The notes under the pieces: model-generated | The model's database searches: none | Told to the model about the DNA's origin: nothing | The model's input: only the letters and a program-made list of their open reading frames with translations | Shown: positions 29,586 through 40,188 of the stretch, one piece after another | Position numbering within the stretch: the stretch's first letter is position 1 | How the letters are laid out: every line of letters starts with the position of its first letter | Made by a program: the position numbers and the translations under genes | Assembly (NCBI GenBank): GCA_963758525.1 | Contig: CAVWVQ010000003.1 | Coordinates: 3,968,001 to 4,032,000, forward strand | DNA from: an uncultured Phycisphaerales bacterium | GTDB taxonomy: Bacteria > Planctomycetota > Phycisphaerae > Tepidisphaerales > Tepidisphaeraceae | Direction of reading: 5' to 3' | DNA: 64,000 nucleotides

Positions 29586-30455
29586 ATGAATGAGATCGTT
29601 ATCTCCACGTGGAAATTCTCGCTGTCGGCGGCAGAGACAGCCTCGCGAATGCTTTTTGACGGAAAATCTGCTCTGGACGCCGTTGAGGCAGGAATCGCAG
29701 TTTGCGAAGACGATCCAGAGATCGACAGCGTCGGCTTGGGAGGATTGCCGGATGCCTCGGGGAACGTGACGCTCGATGCGTCGATTATGGATCACGCAGG
29801 CCGATGCGGCGCGGTCGCGTGCCTGAGCAGGACGCGGAATCCGATTCGTGTCGCCCGCCGCGTGATGGAACGGACGCCGCATGTGCTGCTGGTTGGCCCG
29901 GGGGCGGATCAGTTCGCGCGATCGCAGGGGTTTGCCGACACCGAGTTGCTGACGCCTCAATCCGCGAGGAAATACGCGGAATGGAAGCGAGAGAAGTGCC
30001 CGGCGGCGCGAAGTCACGACACCATCGGGCTGCTGGCTCTCGACGCGGCTGGGTCGCTTGCGGGGGGCTGCAGCACCAGCGGCATGGCGTTCAAGCTGCC
30101 CGGCCGGGTGGGCGATTCGCCGATCATTGGAGCGGGGCTCTATGTTGACGGGAAGGTCGGGGCCGCCACCGCGACAGGCGTTGGCGAAGAGGCCATTCGC
30201 ATCTGCGCCTCGGCGGCCATCGTCGATCAGTTGTGGCGCGGCGATGATCCGATCCAGGCGCTTACCCACGTGATGCGAAAGATCGTCCCGCACATTCGCA
30301 AAGATCGCCGCACCGATATGAGCTTCATCACCCTCCGCGCCGACGGCGTGACCGCGGCGCTCTCGTTCCGGGTGGCGACGCGATTTCAATTCATTGTCGC
30401 CAGTCGTGCGGGCGTGCGCATCGTGGAAAGTGGCGCATTGTTATCGACCGATTGA
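29586..30455 (+). CDS. Ntn-hydrolase, N(4)-(beta-N-acetylglucosaminyl)-L-asparaginase/isoaspartyl peptidase family
   Basis: SVGLGGLPD, LDASIMD, HDTIG (nucleophile Thr) and GRVGDSP. Confidence 0.9.
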   Translation: MNEIVISTWKFSLSAAETASRMLFDGKSALDAVEAGIAVCEDDPEIDSVGLGGLPDASGNVTLDASIMDHAGRCGAVACLSRTRNPIRVARRVMERTPHVLLVGPGADQFARSQGFADTELLTPQSARKYAEWKREKCPAARSHDTIGLLALDAAGSLAGGCSTSGMAFKLPGRVGDSPIIGAGLYVDGKVGAATATGVGEEAIRICASAAIVDQLWRGDDPIQALTHVMRKIVPHIRKDRRTDMSFITLRADGVTAALSFRVATRFQFIVASRAGVRIVESGALLSTD

Positions 30456-30632
30456 GCGGCTGCCGTGTGCAGTGCGGCCGTATATTCCGCTGATTTCGCG
30501 GTTTACGACGCGAAACACGGCCATTTCTTGACACGTTTTTTCAGGAGAGATAGCGTGCTCTGGCGCACCGAAAAATCCCTGCGGTCTGGGGACCATGCCG
30601 GGTGATGGCAGCGCGGCCTGTCAAGAATTCTC

Positions 30633-32669
30633 ATGCCGACTCCCGCACTACTGCTGTTGATCGCAACCCTGCTGCCGCTGGTCGGCTTTGGCGTGTTGAT
30701 CTTTGCTGGAAAACGGATCGGCAATCCCCTCGCCGGCTGGTTGGCGACGTTTCTCATTAGCCTCAGTTTCATCTGCACGATTGCGGCCATGGTAAGTTGG
30801 TTTCAGGCCGACGTGGGTCACTATCAGGGCAGCGAATGGGGTGAGGGGGCCGGGCCGATCAATATCCCGCTCAGATGGATTCCCATCGGTCTGTCGACAC
30901 ATCGGAGCGGTATCACGCAGGACCACCCGGGCTATCTGGATCTGGGTCTGTATGTCGACAGCCTGACGCTCGCCATGTTCGCGATGATCACGCTCGTTGC
31001 GGTGCTCGTCCATGTGTTCGGCATCGGCTGCATGCGCGAGGATGTACGCTTCGAGCGATTCTTCGCCTATCTGTCTCTGCTCTGCTTTTCGATGCTCGCG
31101 TTGGTGCTGGGCGGGACGCTTCTGCATATCCTGCTCTGCTGGGAACTGGTCGGATTGTGCTCCTTCCTGCTGGTCGGATTCTGGCACGAATCGCGTGCCG
31201 CGTGCGCCGCGGCTGTAAAGACCGCGGTCTTCAATCGGTTTGGGCACTGCGGTTTCCTGATCGGATTCGGCATACTCTTTTTTCACATGGGAAATGCGTC
31301 ACTGCCCGTTCTCTGGACCTATCTGGGCAGCGCGGGCGAGGGTCATTCGATCATCCTTCCCGGCGGGTTCGAATTCGGCGCCAGAGCCCTGACTCTCGCG
31401 GGCGTCGGCCTGTTCGTGGGCGCTGATTGCCGCGAGCGCGCAGTTCCCGCTGCAAGCGTGGCTGGCGGAGGCCGCCGAAGCCCCCACGCCGGCAAGTGCG
31501 TTGCTCCAGTCTGCCACGACGGTGGCTGCCGGCGTGTATTTCGTCGGACGGATTTTTCCCATTCTCACCCCCGATGCCAAGCTCTTTATCGCAATCATCG
31601 GGCTGATCACGCTGACGATGTCGGCGCTGATCGCGGCCGTGCAGAGCAACCTCAAACGGCTCCTGGCGTATTCCGCCATCTCGCAGGTGGGATACATGAT
31701 GTTCGCCCTGGGCATCGGGAGTTGGGTGGGGGGGCTGTTCCACCTGATCACGCATGCTTTTTTCATGGCATTATTGGTTCTCGCCGCCGGCAGCGTGATT
31801 CACGCGGCCGGCAATGAGCAGGACCTGACGCGGTTCGGCGGGCTGTGGCGCAAAATGCCGATGACCGCGCTGATGTTTGGCATTGGCGTGCTTGCGATCG
31901 CCGGAACTCCCTACCTGTCAGGCTGGGTCAGCAAGTGGATCATTCTGACGGATGCTGCTGCGTTTGCCTCGGTTGCCGGTCAACGCAACTTCAACTACGC
32001 CCCGTTTTTCATCGTGCCGGCTTGCGTCTCCTATCTGACCGCCTTCTACATGGCTCGCTGCTGGATGCTCATTTTCTGGGGCAAGCCGCGCGACGTGGCG
32101 ATCCATGACGCGGCGCGTGAATCCCCGCTTTTGTGGGGGCCTTTATGCGTGCTGGCGTTCATGACGATCGTCAGCGGCAAATATCTCAACGTCCAGCCGC
32201 TGCTCGAATCGTCGATCAAGGAAACCCAGGCGATCTGCCGTGACGATCAGATTCGCGACGACTTCTTCGAGCTGCGCGAAGACTTCCCCGGCTTCAGACG
32301 CGTCTGGCCCACTAATCTGGCGGCCGATGCTGATGATCCGCTGTTGGACGCCGTCCTCGCCGCCGCCCGCGTCGAGCGACACTGGATGCGCTGGAGCTTC
32401 CTGATCGGCATGGGATTGGCGGCGCTCATCTACCTGCGCGGCTATGCCTTCACGCGCATATTCATGCGCGTGCCGCCGGTCCGGTGGATCAATCGCTGGC
32501 TCATTGAAGGGATGTATTTCGACCAGCTCTACGGCGCTGTGATCGTTGGAGCAATCAGAGGGCTGTCGAAATTCTGCGACTGGTTTGATCGAAGCATCAT
32601 CGATGGTTCTCTCAACCGCGTTGCCTCACTTGCGCGCGCGCAGGCCCGGCAGCACGGGCTCCTTAATAA
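30633..32669 (+). CDS. nuoL: NADH-quinone oxidoreductase subunit L-like protein (diverged); frameshift near 31425, 3' end approximate
   Basis: RFFAYLSL, WELVGLCSFLLVGFW, SAQFPL..WL..A...PTP, AYS.ISQ.GYM and FHLITHAFF. Confidence 0.8.
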
Positions 32670-32677
32670 CCTGGGCG

Positions 32678-34280
32678 ATGAACCATCAGTTGTCCATTCT
32701 CCTGCTTCTCCCAACTTTCGGCGCAGCAGCGATTCTGTTCCTCCCCAGCGCCAAGCCGATGCGTTGGACGGCACTGGGTATCACCCTCTTCACGTTCATC
32801 TTCGCGCTCACGCTGCTCTTCCGTTTCGACGCGCATTCGTCGACAACCTTCGGCTTCCGCACCCGCCACGGCGACGTCCAACTCGTGGAACGCGCGGCAT
32901 GCGTGCCGTCGCTTCATATCGAATATCTCGTCGGCATCGACGGCCTGTCTCTGCCCCTGATTCTGCTCACGACGTTCCTTTTCCCGCTTGCCTGCGCCGC
33001 GTCGTGGAAGATCGACAGGTCACCCAAACTCTATTTCGCGTTGCTGCTATTTCTAGAATCAGCAATCCTGGGCGTCTTTCTTTCGCTGGATCTGTTGATC
33101 TTCTGCGTCTTTCTTGAAGCTTCTTTCGTGCCGGTCTATTTCCTGATCGGCGTCTGGGGCGGCCCGCGGAAGCGGTCCGCGGCAATCAAGCTGCTCTTCT
33201 TCATGCTCATCGAATCAGCGGCGATGCTGACCGCGCTCATCGCCATCTATGCCAGTACCCACTGCTTCGACATGATCCGCCTGCCCGGGCTGTTGGCCGC
33301 GCCGTTTGCCTCCGCTGACGCGCCATCGCACCTCCAGACGCTGCTGTTTCTCCTGTTGATGTTCGCGATCGCGATTAAGCTGCCTGCCGTCCCGTTTCAT
33401 ACCTGGCTGCTCGACGCGCAGGCGCAGGCCCCGACGGCCGTCAGCATGATCCTCGCCGCTCTGCTGCTCAAAATCGGTGGCTACGCGATCTTCCGCATCG
33501 CCTATCCGTTCTTTCCGGCTGTGGCGAGACACCTCTGGTTCCCCATCGCACTGATCGGCACGATCAGCGTGCTGTACGGCGTGCTCTGCGCGATGTCTCA
33601 AAATGATTTCAAGAAACTCCTCGCATACAGCTCCATCTCGCAAATGGGATTCATCACGCTTGGCGCCGCGATGATCACGCCGGCAGCGGTCAACGGAGCG
33701 ATCTTCCTGATGGTCGCGCACGGCATCACCAGCGCCATGATGTTCTTCAGCGCCGGCGTTCTCGCTGACCGCGCAACACCAGGACCTCACCCGTCTCGGC
33801 GGACTCGCTTCGGCGATGCCCCGGTTCTCCGGGCTGTTCGCCGTCGGATGTTTCGCGGCCATCGGGGTGCCGCTGCTCTGCGGATTCGTCGGCGAGATCC
33901 TGATCATGCTCGGAATCTTCCAGGCCTTGCGGCCCGACGCAGTACTGTTCGTTTCCGGCTTCGCCTTTCGCGGAAAAATCGACACGCTTGCCATCCTCGC
34001 GGCGCTGGGTCTCGTGCTGGCAGCCGCCTGCATGCTCAGGACCATGCAGCGCATCTTCTTCGGACCTGACAAGGCGCAACAAGGGGATTTCCCCGATGTC
34101 GATCAGCGCGAGACAACAGTTCTGGCATCTCTTGCCACCGCGGCAATGCTGCTGGGGATTTTTCCCAGCATCTTCGTCTTCTCGATGACCGGCAGAACCG
34201 TCGACGCGTTCTTTGGACTTTTCGACAAATCATCCGTCCGAACTTCTAACGTGCCGCCTGACCTTGAAGCGTCGCCGTGA
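32678..34280 (+). CDS. nuoM: NADH-quinone oxidoreductase subunit M-like protein; frameshift near 33775
   Basis: GIDGLSLPL, IGVWGG, IKLPAVPFHTWL, LLKIGGY, AYSSISQMGF and GFVGE. Confidence 0.85.
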
Positions 34281-34405
34281 TGGAGCCCCCAGCGCGCCAT
34301 AGCCGCAACGCCTTGCGAAGATTGCAATGGGTCGCGGCCAAGAACGCTCCGGCGCGAGCGTGCGCAAATTTCCGAAGGCGTCTTCTTGCGTCCGTCGAGT
34401 TCATC

Positions 34406-35155
34406 TCACCGACGCTGATAAAACGGCTTCACCGACCGCATGTATTTGCTCACGCCGTCATCTGGGCGGTCGCTCATCTGCATAAAATCGATGATCTCGC
34501 CGGGACGCGCGACGGTCTGGGCAACCATTCCGATTTCGTTGATCAGCGACTTCCAGTCGCCAGTCATGTCGATGCCGATCATGATGTGCGGAGTCGGATC
34601 CAGCTTGGCGAACACAGCTTGAGCGAGGTACGCGGCCTTCACTGTCGCCTCTTTCGTCAACAGCGGTGCAATCGCGTCCGTGATATGGCTTGGATATTCC
34701 CTGGGCTGCGACAGCAACACCTTCTGTCCGCCAACATTCTGCGTCGGGCCAAGCTTCATGATCGATCCGTCGAGAATCGACTCGACCTCGGTTGCGGTGA
34801 AAATTTTTCCGTAATCCGAGCCGGGATTCATCACCAGATCGGCGCCGCGCAGCATGGTGAAGAGTGCTCGTCCGTTCATCGCCATGTAGGGCGATTCAGT
34901 TTTGACGAACGCCGCGATGCGCTCCTTGGACGTAAAGATCGGCACGTGCGGCTTGTCCTGCACCTCGACCAACTGGATTTGCACCGCGGTTGTTCCCTCC
35001 GGCGCGTCCGCGCTGCTCTCCGGCGATTTTCGTCCCTCGCCAATGACAAGCAGGTCGTGCTCCGTCAGCGCCCGGTAAAACTCCGGCCGGGCCGCGGGAT
35101 CTGTTGTGGCGGAAATCAGGAGCCGTTCGATGTCGTTAGAGGGCGTGAATGCCAT
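34406..35155 (-). CDS. SseB-family protein (N- and C-terminal domains)
   Basis: RPEFYRAL, IFTS, LVMNPGSDYGK.F, V.AAYL and PFY at the C-terminus. Confidence 0.8.
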   Translation of the reverse strand: MAFTPSNDIERLLISATTDPAARPEFYRALTEHDLLVIGEGRKSPESSADAPEGTTAVQIQLVEVQDKPHVPIFTSKERIAAFVKTESPYMAMNGRALFTMLRGADLVMNPGSDYGKIFTATEVESILDGSIMKLGPTQNVGGQKVLLSQPREYPSHITDAIAPLLTKEATVKAAYLAQAVFAKLDPTPHIMIGIDMTGDWKSLINEIGMVAQTVARPGEIIDFMQMSDRPDDGVSKYMRSVKPFYQRR

Positions 35156-35220
35156 GCTCGGAATTGTAGCTCGATTCGTCCAGACATGGCGGCCAGACGC
35201 GCTCGGTCTTGCTATAAACT

Positions 35221-35328
35221 GGGTTAGCCGCGACGCGCAGCGGAGCGCGTATTCAAACCAGAAGCACCTTCAGGTCAGCCTCGCGCAACCCACACGAATA
35301 CGCGCTCCGCTGCGCGTCGCGGCTAACC
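35221..35328. repeat. REP-like inverted repeat
   Basis: ggttagccgcgacgcgcagcggagcgcgtatt ... aatacgcgctccgctgcgcgtcgcggctaacc. Confidence 0.9.
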
Positions 35329-35359
35329 AGGCTGAATTTGGATTCGGAAGGGATAACCC

Positions 35360-36127
35360 ATGCATAGCAAACAACCTTCGCCCGGCGTTCGCATTGAGAA
35401 CCTTACGTGGCTTGAGGTGCAACAAGCTCTGGAGTCCGCGCACACCGTCCTGATTCCCATCGGCGCCGCCTGTAAGGAGCATGGGTTTCACCTTCCGATG
35501 AACACCGATCTGTTGTGGGCCAACTATCTTGTGACGCGCGTTGTCGAGCGGTGCGCAGTGCTGGCTCTGCCGACCGTGACCTACGGATACTACCCCGCGT
35601 TCGTGGATTACCCGGGTTCAGTAAGTATTGCCGAAAGTGTGTTTCGGGGGACGGTAATCGACATCTGCCGCAGCTTCGCCCGGCACGGCGCAAAGCGGTT
35701 TTATGTGCTCAACACTGGCATCAGCACCATCGCATCCCTGCAAGTTGCCCAGTCGATATTGCAGGCGGAGCAAATCGCGATGACGTACACCGACCTGCGA
35801 AAGCTTACGGTCGAGGCGCGTCGGAGTATTGAACGCCAGCCGTTTGGCTCTCACGCCGACGAGATCGAAACTTCGGTGATGCTCTACATCGCTCCAGAAG
35901 TTGTCCGAATGGAACGCGCGGTTGCGGAGCTGGCCGCCGATCGCCCGGGGCCGCTGACCCGCAAGGCAGATGGAGAGGGCGTCTACTCGGCCAGCGGCGC
36001 CTGGGGTGACCCGACGCTCGCGACCGCCGAAAAGGGCAAAGTGGTCGTCGAAGCAATGGTTGAAGAAATTGTGCGTGCGATCAACCGTCACACATCAGAA
36101 GAAGCGCGAGATCCACCACCGGGTTAG
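35360..36127 (+). CDS. Creatininase/creatinine amidohydrolase family protein
   Basis: LTW.EV, KEHGFHLP..TD, HADEIETS and GDPTLATAEKG. Confidence 0.9.
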   Translation: MHSKQPSPGVRIENLTWLEVQQALESAHTVLIPIGAACKEHGFHLPMNTDLLWANYLVTRVVERCAVLALPTVTYGYYPAFVDYPGSVSIAESVFRGTVIDICRSFARHGAKRFYVLNTGISTIASLQVAQSILQAEQIAMTYTDLRKLTVEARRSIERQPFGSHADEIETSVMLYIAPEVVRMERAVAELAADRPGPLTRKADGEGVYSASGAWGDPTLATAEKGKVVVEAMVEEIVRAINRHTSEEARDPPPG

Positions 36128-36145
36128 CTTTGGGCTCGGAGCCGG

Positions 36146-36718
36146 TCATTGGCGCTTCACCGGCTCGCCCCTTGTGAGCAGTTCCAACCGTCCGGTGTCG
36201 GGATGCATGATCAGGCCGTGAACGGCAATGTCACTGGGCAGCAGCGGGTGATTGCGGATCATTTCGACGCTGGCAAGGACTCCCGCCTGGGGGCTTTCAA
36301 AGCCTTTGAGCCATTGCTGGAGATCGACTCCGGCGTGACTGAGCATCGTCAAGGTGTCGGCGGAAATTCCGCGCTGCTGAACTTTCTGGAGCACTTCCCC
36401 CGCGGTCAGCCCGGTCATGCCGCACCCGTGATGTCCCACGACGGCGATCTCTTCTGCGCCCAATTGATAGACCGCCACCAGCACGCTGCGCATCACCGAT
36501 CCAAACGGATGGCTCACGACGGCGCCGGCTGTCTTGATCATCTTCACGTCGCCGTTGCGAATTCCCATTGCCTTGGGCAACAGCTCGACCAGCCGGGTAT
36601 CCATGCAGGTGATGACCACCAGCCGCTTGTCCGGCAGAGGACTGGTGAGGAACGCCTCGTACTCTTTGCTGGCCACGAAGGCGGCGTTATACGCGAGAAT
36701 TTCAGGAAGGGCGGACAT
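36146..36718 (-). CDS. Beta-class carbonic anhydrase
   Basis: TCMDTRL and VVGHHGCGM zinc-ligand motifs. Confidence 0.92.
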   Translation of the reverse strand: MSALPEILAYNAAFVASKEYEAFLTSPLPDKRLVVITCMDTRLVELLPKAMGIRNGDVKMIKTAGAVVSHPFGSVMRSVLVAVYQLGAEEIAVVGHHGCGMTGLTAGEVLQKVQQRGISADTLTMLSHAGVDLQQWLKGFESPQAGVLASVEMIRNHPLLPSDIAVHGLIMHPDTGRLELLTRGEPVKRQ

Positions 36719-36739
36719 GGCGGCGCAGTGTAACGGGAG

Positions 36740-36848
36740 AAGGCAAAATGCAGAAGGCGGAAGACCGAAGTCAGGAGCAAGGAGTCAGGAGCCAGAAGAA
36801 AAAAGGAAGAGAATGAAAAATGAAAAATAGAAAGTGAAAAATGGAAAA
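36740..36848. repeat. Degenerate heptamer repeats (GCAGAAG/GTCAGGA/ATGAAAA types)
   Basis: Visible 7-nt periodicity in the intergenic region. Confidence 0.6.
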
Positions 36849-36961
36849 CGTGGGGCGTTGGTGCGGGTAATTCACCCGTTGCGTCCGTAATCGACGGTGT
36901 ACGTGTCTCCGTCGCGCTCCGATCCCGACTCGGCTGCGCGCCCGATGTCCAATCGCCGGCT

Positions 36962-37924
36962 TCACTTTGCGTGAGGGACGTTCATCGCTTCGATCTCTGC
37001 CTCCACTTTAGCGCGATCAAAATCGGCCGGGATTTTCTTATCCTGGTTGGCCAGGAGTTCGTCCAGCGTCGGCCGTTGCGAGGGAACGCCGTCGGGGGGG
37101 ACATCGCCTTTGGCGATCCAGACGATGCAGTTCAGGATGCACTTGCGAAAGTCGTCCTGGGCCCAGTTCCAGTGGTAGTGCCCGCCGGTGCAGCCGAAGC
37201 CGCGGTTGGTCGTCTCCTTGTTTTCGGAAACCCAGACGATCGTTTCCGGCAGGCGCTTGCCAATGCCGGCGCGAACGGCAGGGTTGCCGCCGTGCGCGTC
37301 ATCCTTGCCCTGGCGTGTCGAATCGGGAGGCACCGCGTAAATGATCGGGGTAACGCCCTCCATGTCGGGGCGGAAGCGCATGTGATAATAAAATTCGTCC
37401 TTATTCGCGAAGGGCTTCACGCCATTGGCGACAGGATGCTTAGGAATCTCTGCGAAGTCAGCCTGCCAGACAGGATTCACCGACCAGTACGCTTCAAAGT
37501 ATCCGCCGATCCAATCGAGAAATTCCTTGCCGCCCTTGTCCTTGGGAACCTCGACCGCGTAGTGAATGCATCCAATGCCAACGCCCTTTTTCGTCAGGGC
37601 GTCCACTTCCGCCAGGTGGGGGATCACCATGTGGCCCGGCCCGCCGTCGCAGTACATCACAATCGCGTCCGCCCCATCAAACGCATGCGGATCTTTCGGC
37701 CAGCCACCGGTGTAGACGCGGTCGTCGAAGTTCGGCATCCCCTCCTTCAGCAATTTTGCCAGCAGCATGCAGCCGGCTTTCTGCTCGTGCTGCGCGAACC
37801 CGTGGCTGGGGGTGCCGGCAACGAACACGACCATTTTCTTCGCGGGCGCCGCGTCATCGGCGCGGAGTGCCGAAGGAATCGCAAGGCACGCCAACATCAG
37901 AAAAAAGCAGGAAATGATGCGCAT
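36962..37924 (-). CDS. Secreted ThuA-like (class I glutamine amidotransferase-like) domain protein
   Basis: Signal peptide; FVAG..SH...HE, HPVANGV, DEFYY and RGFGCTGGH.HWNW. Confidence 0.8.
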   Translation of the reverse strand: MRIISCFFLMLACLAIPSALRADDAAPAKKMVVFVAGTPSHGFAQHEQKAGCMLLAKLLKEGMPNFDDRVYTGGWPKDPHAFDGADAIVMYCDGGPGHMVIPHLAEVDALTKKGVGIGCIHYAVEVPKDKGGKEFLDWIGGYFEAYWSVNPVWQADFAEIPKHPVANGVKPFANKDEFYYHMRFRPDMEGVTPIIYAVPPDSTRQGKDDAHGGNPAVRAGIGKRLPETIVWVSENKETTNRGFGCTGGHYHWNWAQDDFRKCILNCIVWIAKGDVPPDGVPSQRPTLDELLANQDKKIPADFDRAKVEAEIEAMNVPHAK

Positions 37925-37971
37925 GGAAGGTTCTCCTCGTTGAGGATGATACCTCTCGCAAGTCAAAAGGT

Positions 37972-38430
37972 TTACTGCGCGCTGAGAAACGCGGAGAGCT
38001 CGTCAGCTGACATGAAGCTTCCCTGCCGAAGAACCTTTCCATCGCTGTCGACGATCACGATCGATGGGATCGTACTGATTCCGTACTTGGCCGCCGGGTC
38101 CTTCGCGCCGGCGGAATCAACGTCCATCGCCAGGGGAATGAACTTGGTGGTCGCCAGGCTTGCGACGCGCGAATCCGGCCAGGCGCTGCGTTTCATTTCC
38201 TGGCAGGGGGGACACCAGGTTGCGGAGAAGTCGATCAGAATGGGTTTGCCAGTTTTCTTCCCCTCCGCCAGGGCGGCGTCGTAGTCTGTGCGCCAGGGAA
38301 TATGATCATCCGCGGCTACGTTGGATGCCGAAGCCGAAGGCGACGACCGGGAGCAGCCGGAGAACGCCAGGACTCCGGCAAGAATCACAGGCACGCATAA
38401 CAATCCGCGCAACTTGATGCTTGTGTTCAT
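37972..38430 (-). CDS. Thioredoxin-family lipoprotein
   Basis: Lipobox-like AFSGC; KPILIDFSATWCPPCQ; GGAG RBS. Confidence 0.88.
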   Translation of the reverse strand: MNTSIKLRGLLCVPVILAGVLAFSGCSRSSPSASASNVAADDHIPWRTDYDAALAEGKKTGKPILIDFSATWCPPCQEMKRSAWPDSRVASLATTKFIPLAMDVDSAGAKDPAAKYGISTIPSIVIVDSDGKVLRQGSFMSADELSAFLSAQ

Positions 38431-38449
38431 TTCACTCCTCCAAAATCCG

Positions 38450-40153
38450 TCAGTGGATAAACCGCATCTCGCCAAAATCGGGGACGATATTCACCGGCAC
38501 TTTTGCCACCTGGTATCCCGCCGGCCAGTAGACGAAGAACGCCTTGCCCAGCATGAATTCCGCCGGCACGCGGCCGCCTTCCACAAAAGGCAATCCTTCG
38601 CTGGGAAGTTCCACGGGCGCAGTCCAGTAGCGCGCGTCTCCGCTAATGGCTGAATTGTCGCCGAGCACGAAATATTCCCCCTTGTTCAGATGAACGATTT
38701 TATCCGGACTCGCCCAGAACGCATCCCGCCCTGGAACGCGGTTCAGATAATAGATATTGCGCGAGAGGGTGACGTGCTCAAGCGTGCAATTCTGCTTTTC
38801 TCCCACAATTCGCACGGCCGGCGTCGGCGCTGGCGAGCGATTGACATAATCCGTATAGAGCGACGCGACATCGGGATGATATTCCGCGTCATTCGTCCGG
38901 ATGAGCACCTTGCCATTCACCCGCAACGTCACTCGATAATCGACATTCTCCAGCTCCAACTGCACCGGCGCGCTTCCCGCCAGGTCGCTTGAGGCGACCG
39001 CGGCCCCGCCGACCAGTGTTTCTCCCACCACCTGCAACGGCGAGCTTTGCCGCATCTTGCCATGGAGCAGTTCCACCTTGCCCGGAGTAATCCGCGCCGT
39101 GAACACATCATCGCGCTTCGTCAGTTGCATCTGCAACGCTCCGTCGCCGGAGCGCCGCGTGTAGAAACAGCTCAGCTTCAGGTCGCTCACCGAGATCGGC
39201 CGCCATCCGCTGCGCGTCTGCTCCTGTTCGTCGTAGGCCAGCCAGTCGGTGAGAGCATTGGTCGATGGGTTTGCGTTCGCGTCAAATGTCAGCGCCTGCG
39301 GACCCTCCGGATTGTCCAGCGTGAACGAGCGCAGCGGCCGGCCTCGATCGTCGAGCACGCGCCAGGCATTGGGCCCGGCGCTGGCGGTCCAGGGCTCGCG
39401 CCACGCGCTCTGATCGAGATCCTGGCTTCGATCCAGATGCGGAAGAAAGTCGTTGTCGTCGATGACGCGCCACAGACGCTCCTGTGCGTACGCGGGGCGG
39501 CGCGCTATCGTAAACTTGTCGGCATTGACCACCGTGAAGCCATCCGCGCCAAACGACAGATCCGCAGGCTGCCGACTCGTGTAGACGCTTCCATCGAGAA
39601 TCACCACGCTCTCGCCCGGCAGCCCCACCAGCCGTTTGATGTAATTCACCGAATAGTCCGGATCGAGCGCGTCATGCTTGGCTTCCTCATTGGGGCTCTT
39701 GAAAACCACCACGTCCCAACGGCTCGGTCCGGAAAAAAGATACAGATACTTCAGCACCAGAATGCGGTCCCCGAACCGCACTGCCTGCTCTTCGTCGCTC
39801 GGCATCGCGTACCCGCAATTGGGGCAGTGATACGTCATCGTGCGCAGCGCGCTGCTGGGAATATCCGAGTCGTCCGACTGTCCGGTGCTGTAGCCCACGT
39901 CCCAGGTATATCCGCAATCCGGACAATGCAGCCGCATGTGCGCGCCGTAGAGCGTTGGCGCCATCGACCCGGTCGGAATGACAAACGCCTCCACGACGAA
40001 GCCGCGGAAGATAAACGCGAGGATAAACGCAACGAGGATCGACTCGACCGTCTCCTTCACGTGCGGCTCTTGCGAAGGGCGGTCGCTCGAACGCTTCCTG
40101 GGAACCGCCTGCCCGGCAGCGTCCGGTGTCTGCGAATTGGTCGAAACAGCCAT
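38450..40153 (-). CDS. lepB: Signal peptidase I (large planctomycete type)
   Basis: EAFVIPTGSMAPTL, DRILVLK, RWDVVVFK, NYIKRLVGLPGE and YFVLGDNS..S.DAR; inserted CPDC/CPNC pair. Confidence 0.92.
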   Translation of the reverse strand: MAVSTNSQTPDAAGQAVPRKRSSDRPSQEPHVKETVESILVAFILAFIFRGFVVEAFVIPTGSMAPTLYGAHMRLHCPDCGYTWDVGYSTGQSDDSDIPSSALRTMTYHCPNCGYAMPSDEEQAVRFGDRILVLKYLYLFSGPSRWDVVVFKSPNEEAKHDALDPDYSVNYIKRLVGLPGESVVILDGSVYTSRQPADLSFGADGFTVVNADKFTIARRPAYAQERLWRVIDDNDFLPHLDRSQDLDQSAWREPWTASAGPNAWRVLDDRGRPLRSFTLDNPEGPQALTFDANANPSTNALTDWLAYDEQEQTRSGWRPISVSDLKLSCFYTRRSGDGALQMQLTKRDDVFTARITPGKVELLHGKMRQSSPLQVVGETLVGGAAVASSDLAGSAPVQLELENVDYRVTLRVNGKVLIRTNDAEYHPDVASLYTDYVNRSPAPTPAVRIVGEKQNCTLEHVTLSRNIYYLNRVPGRDAFWASPDKIVHLNKGEYFVLGDNSAISGDARYWTAPVELPSEGLPFVEGGRVPAEFMLGKAFFVYWPAGYQVAKVPVNIVPDFGEMRFIH

Positions 40154-40188
40154 CCGAGCATGGTAAGGGGAGGGACGGAGCAGGACAA

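Noticed and set aside
31501..33117. Long NuoL tail overlapping nuoM by more than 400 bp
   Set aside because: The tail is the off-frame reading of nuoM; a missed stop near 32665 is more likely.
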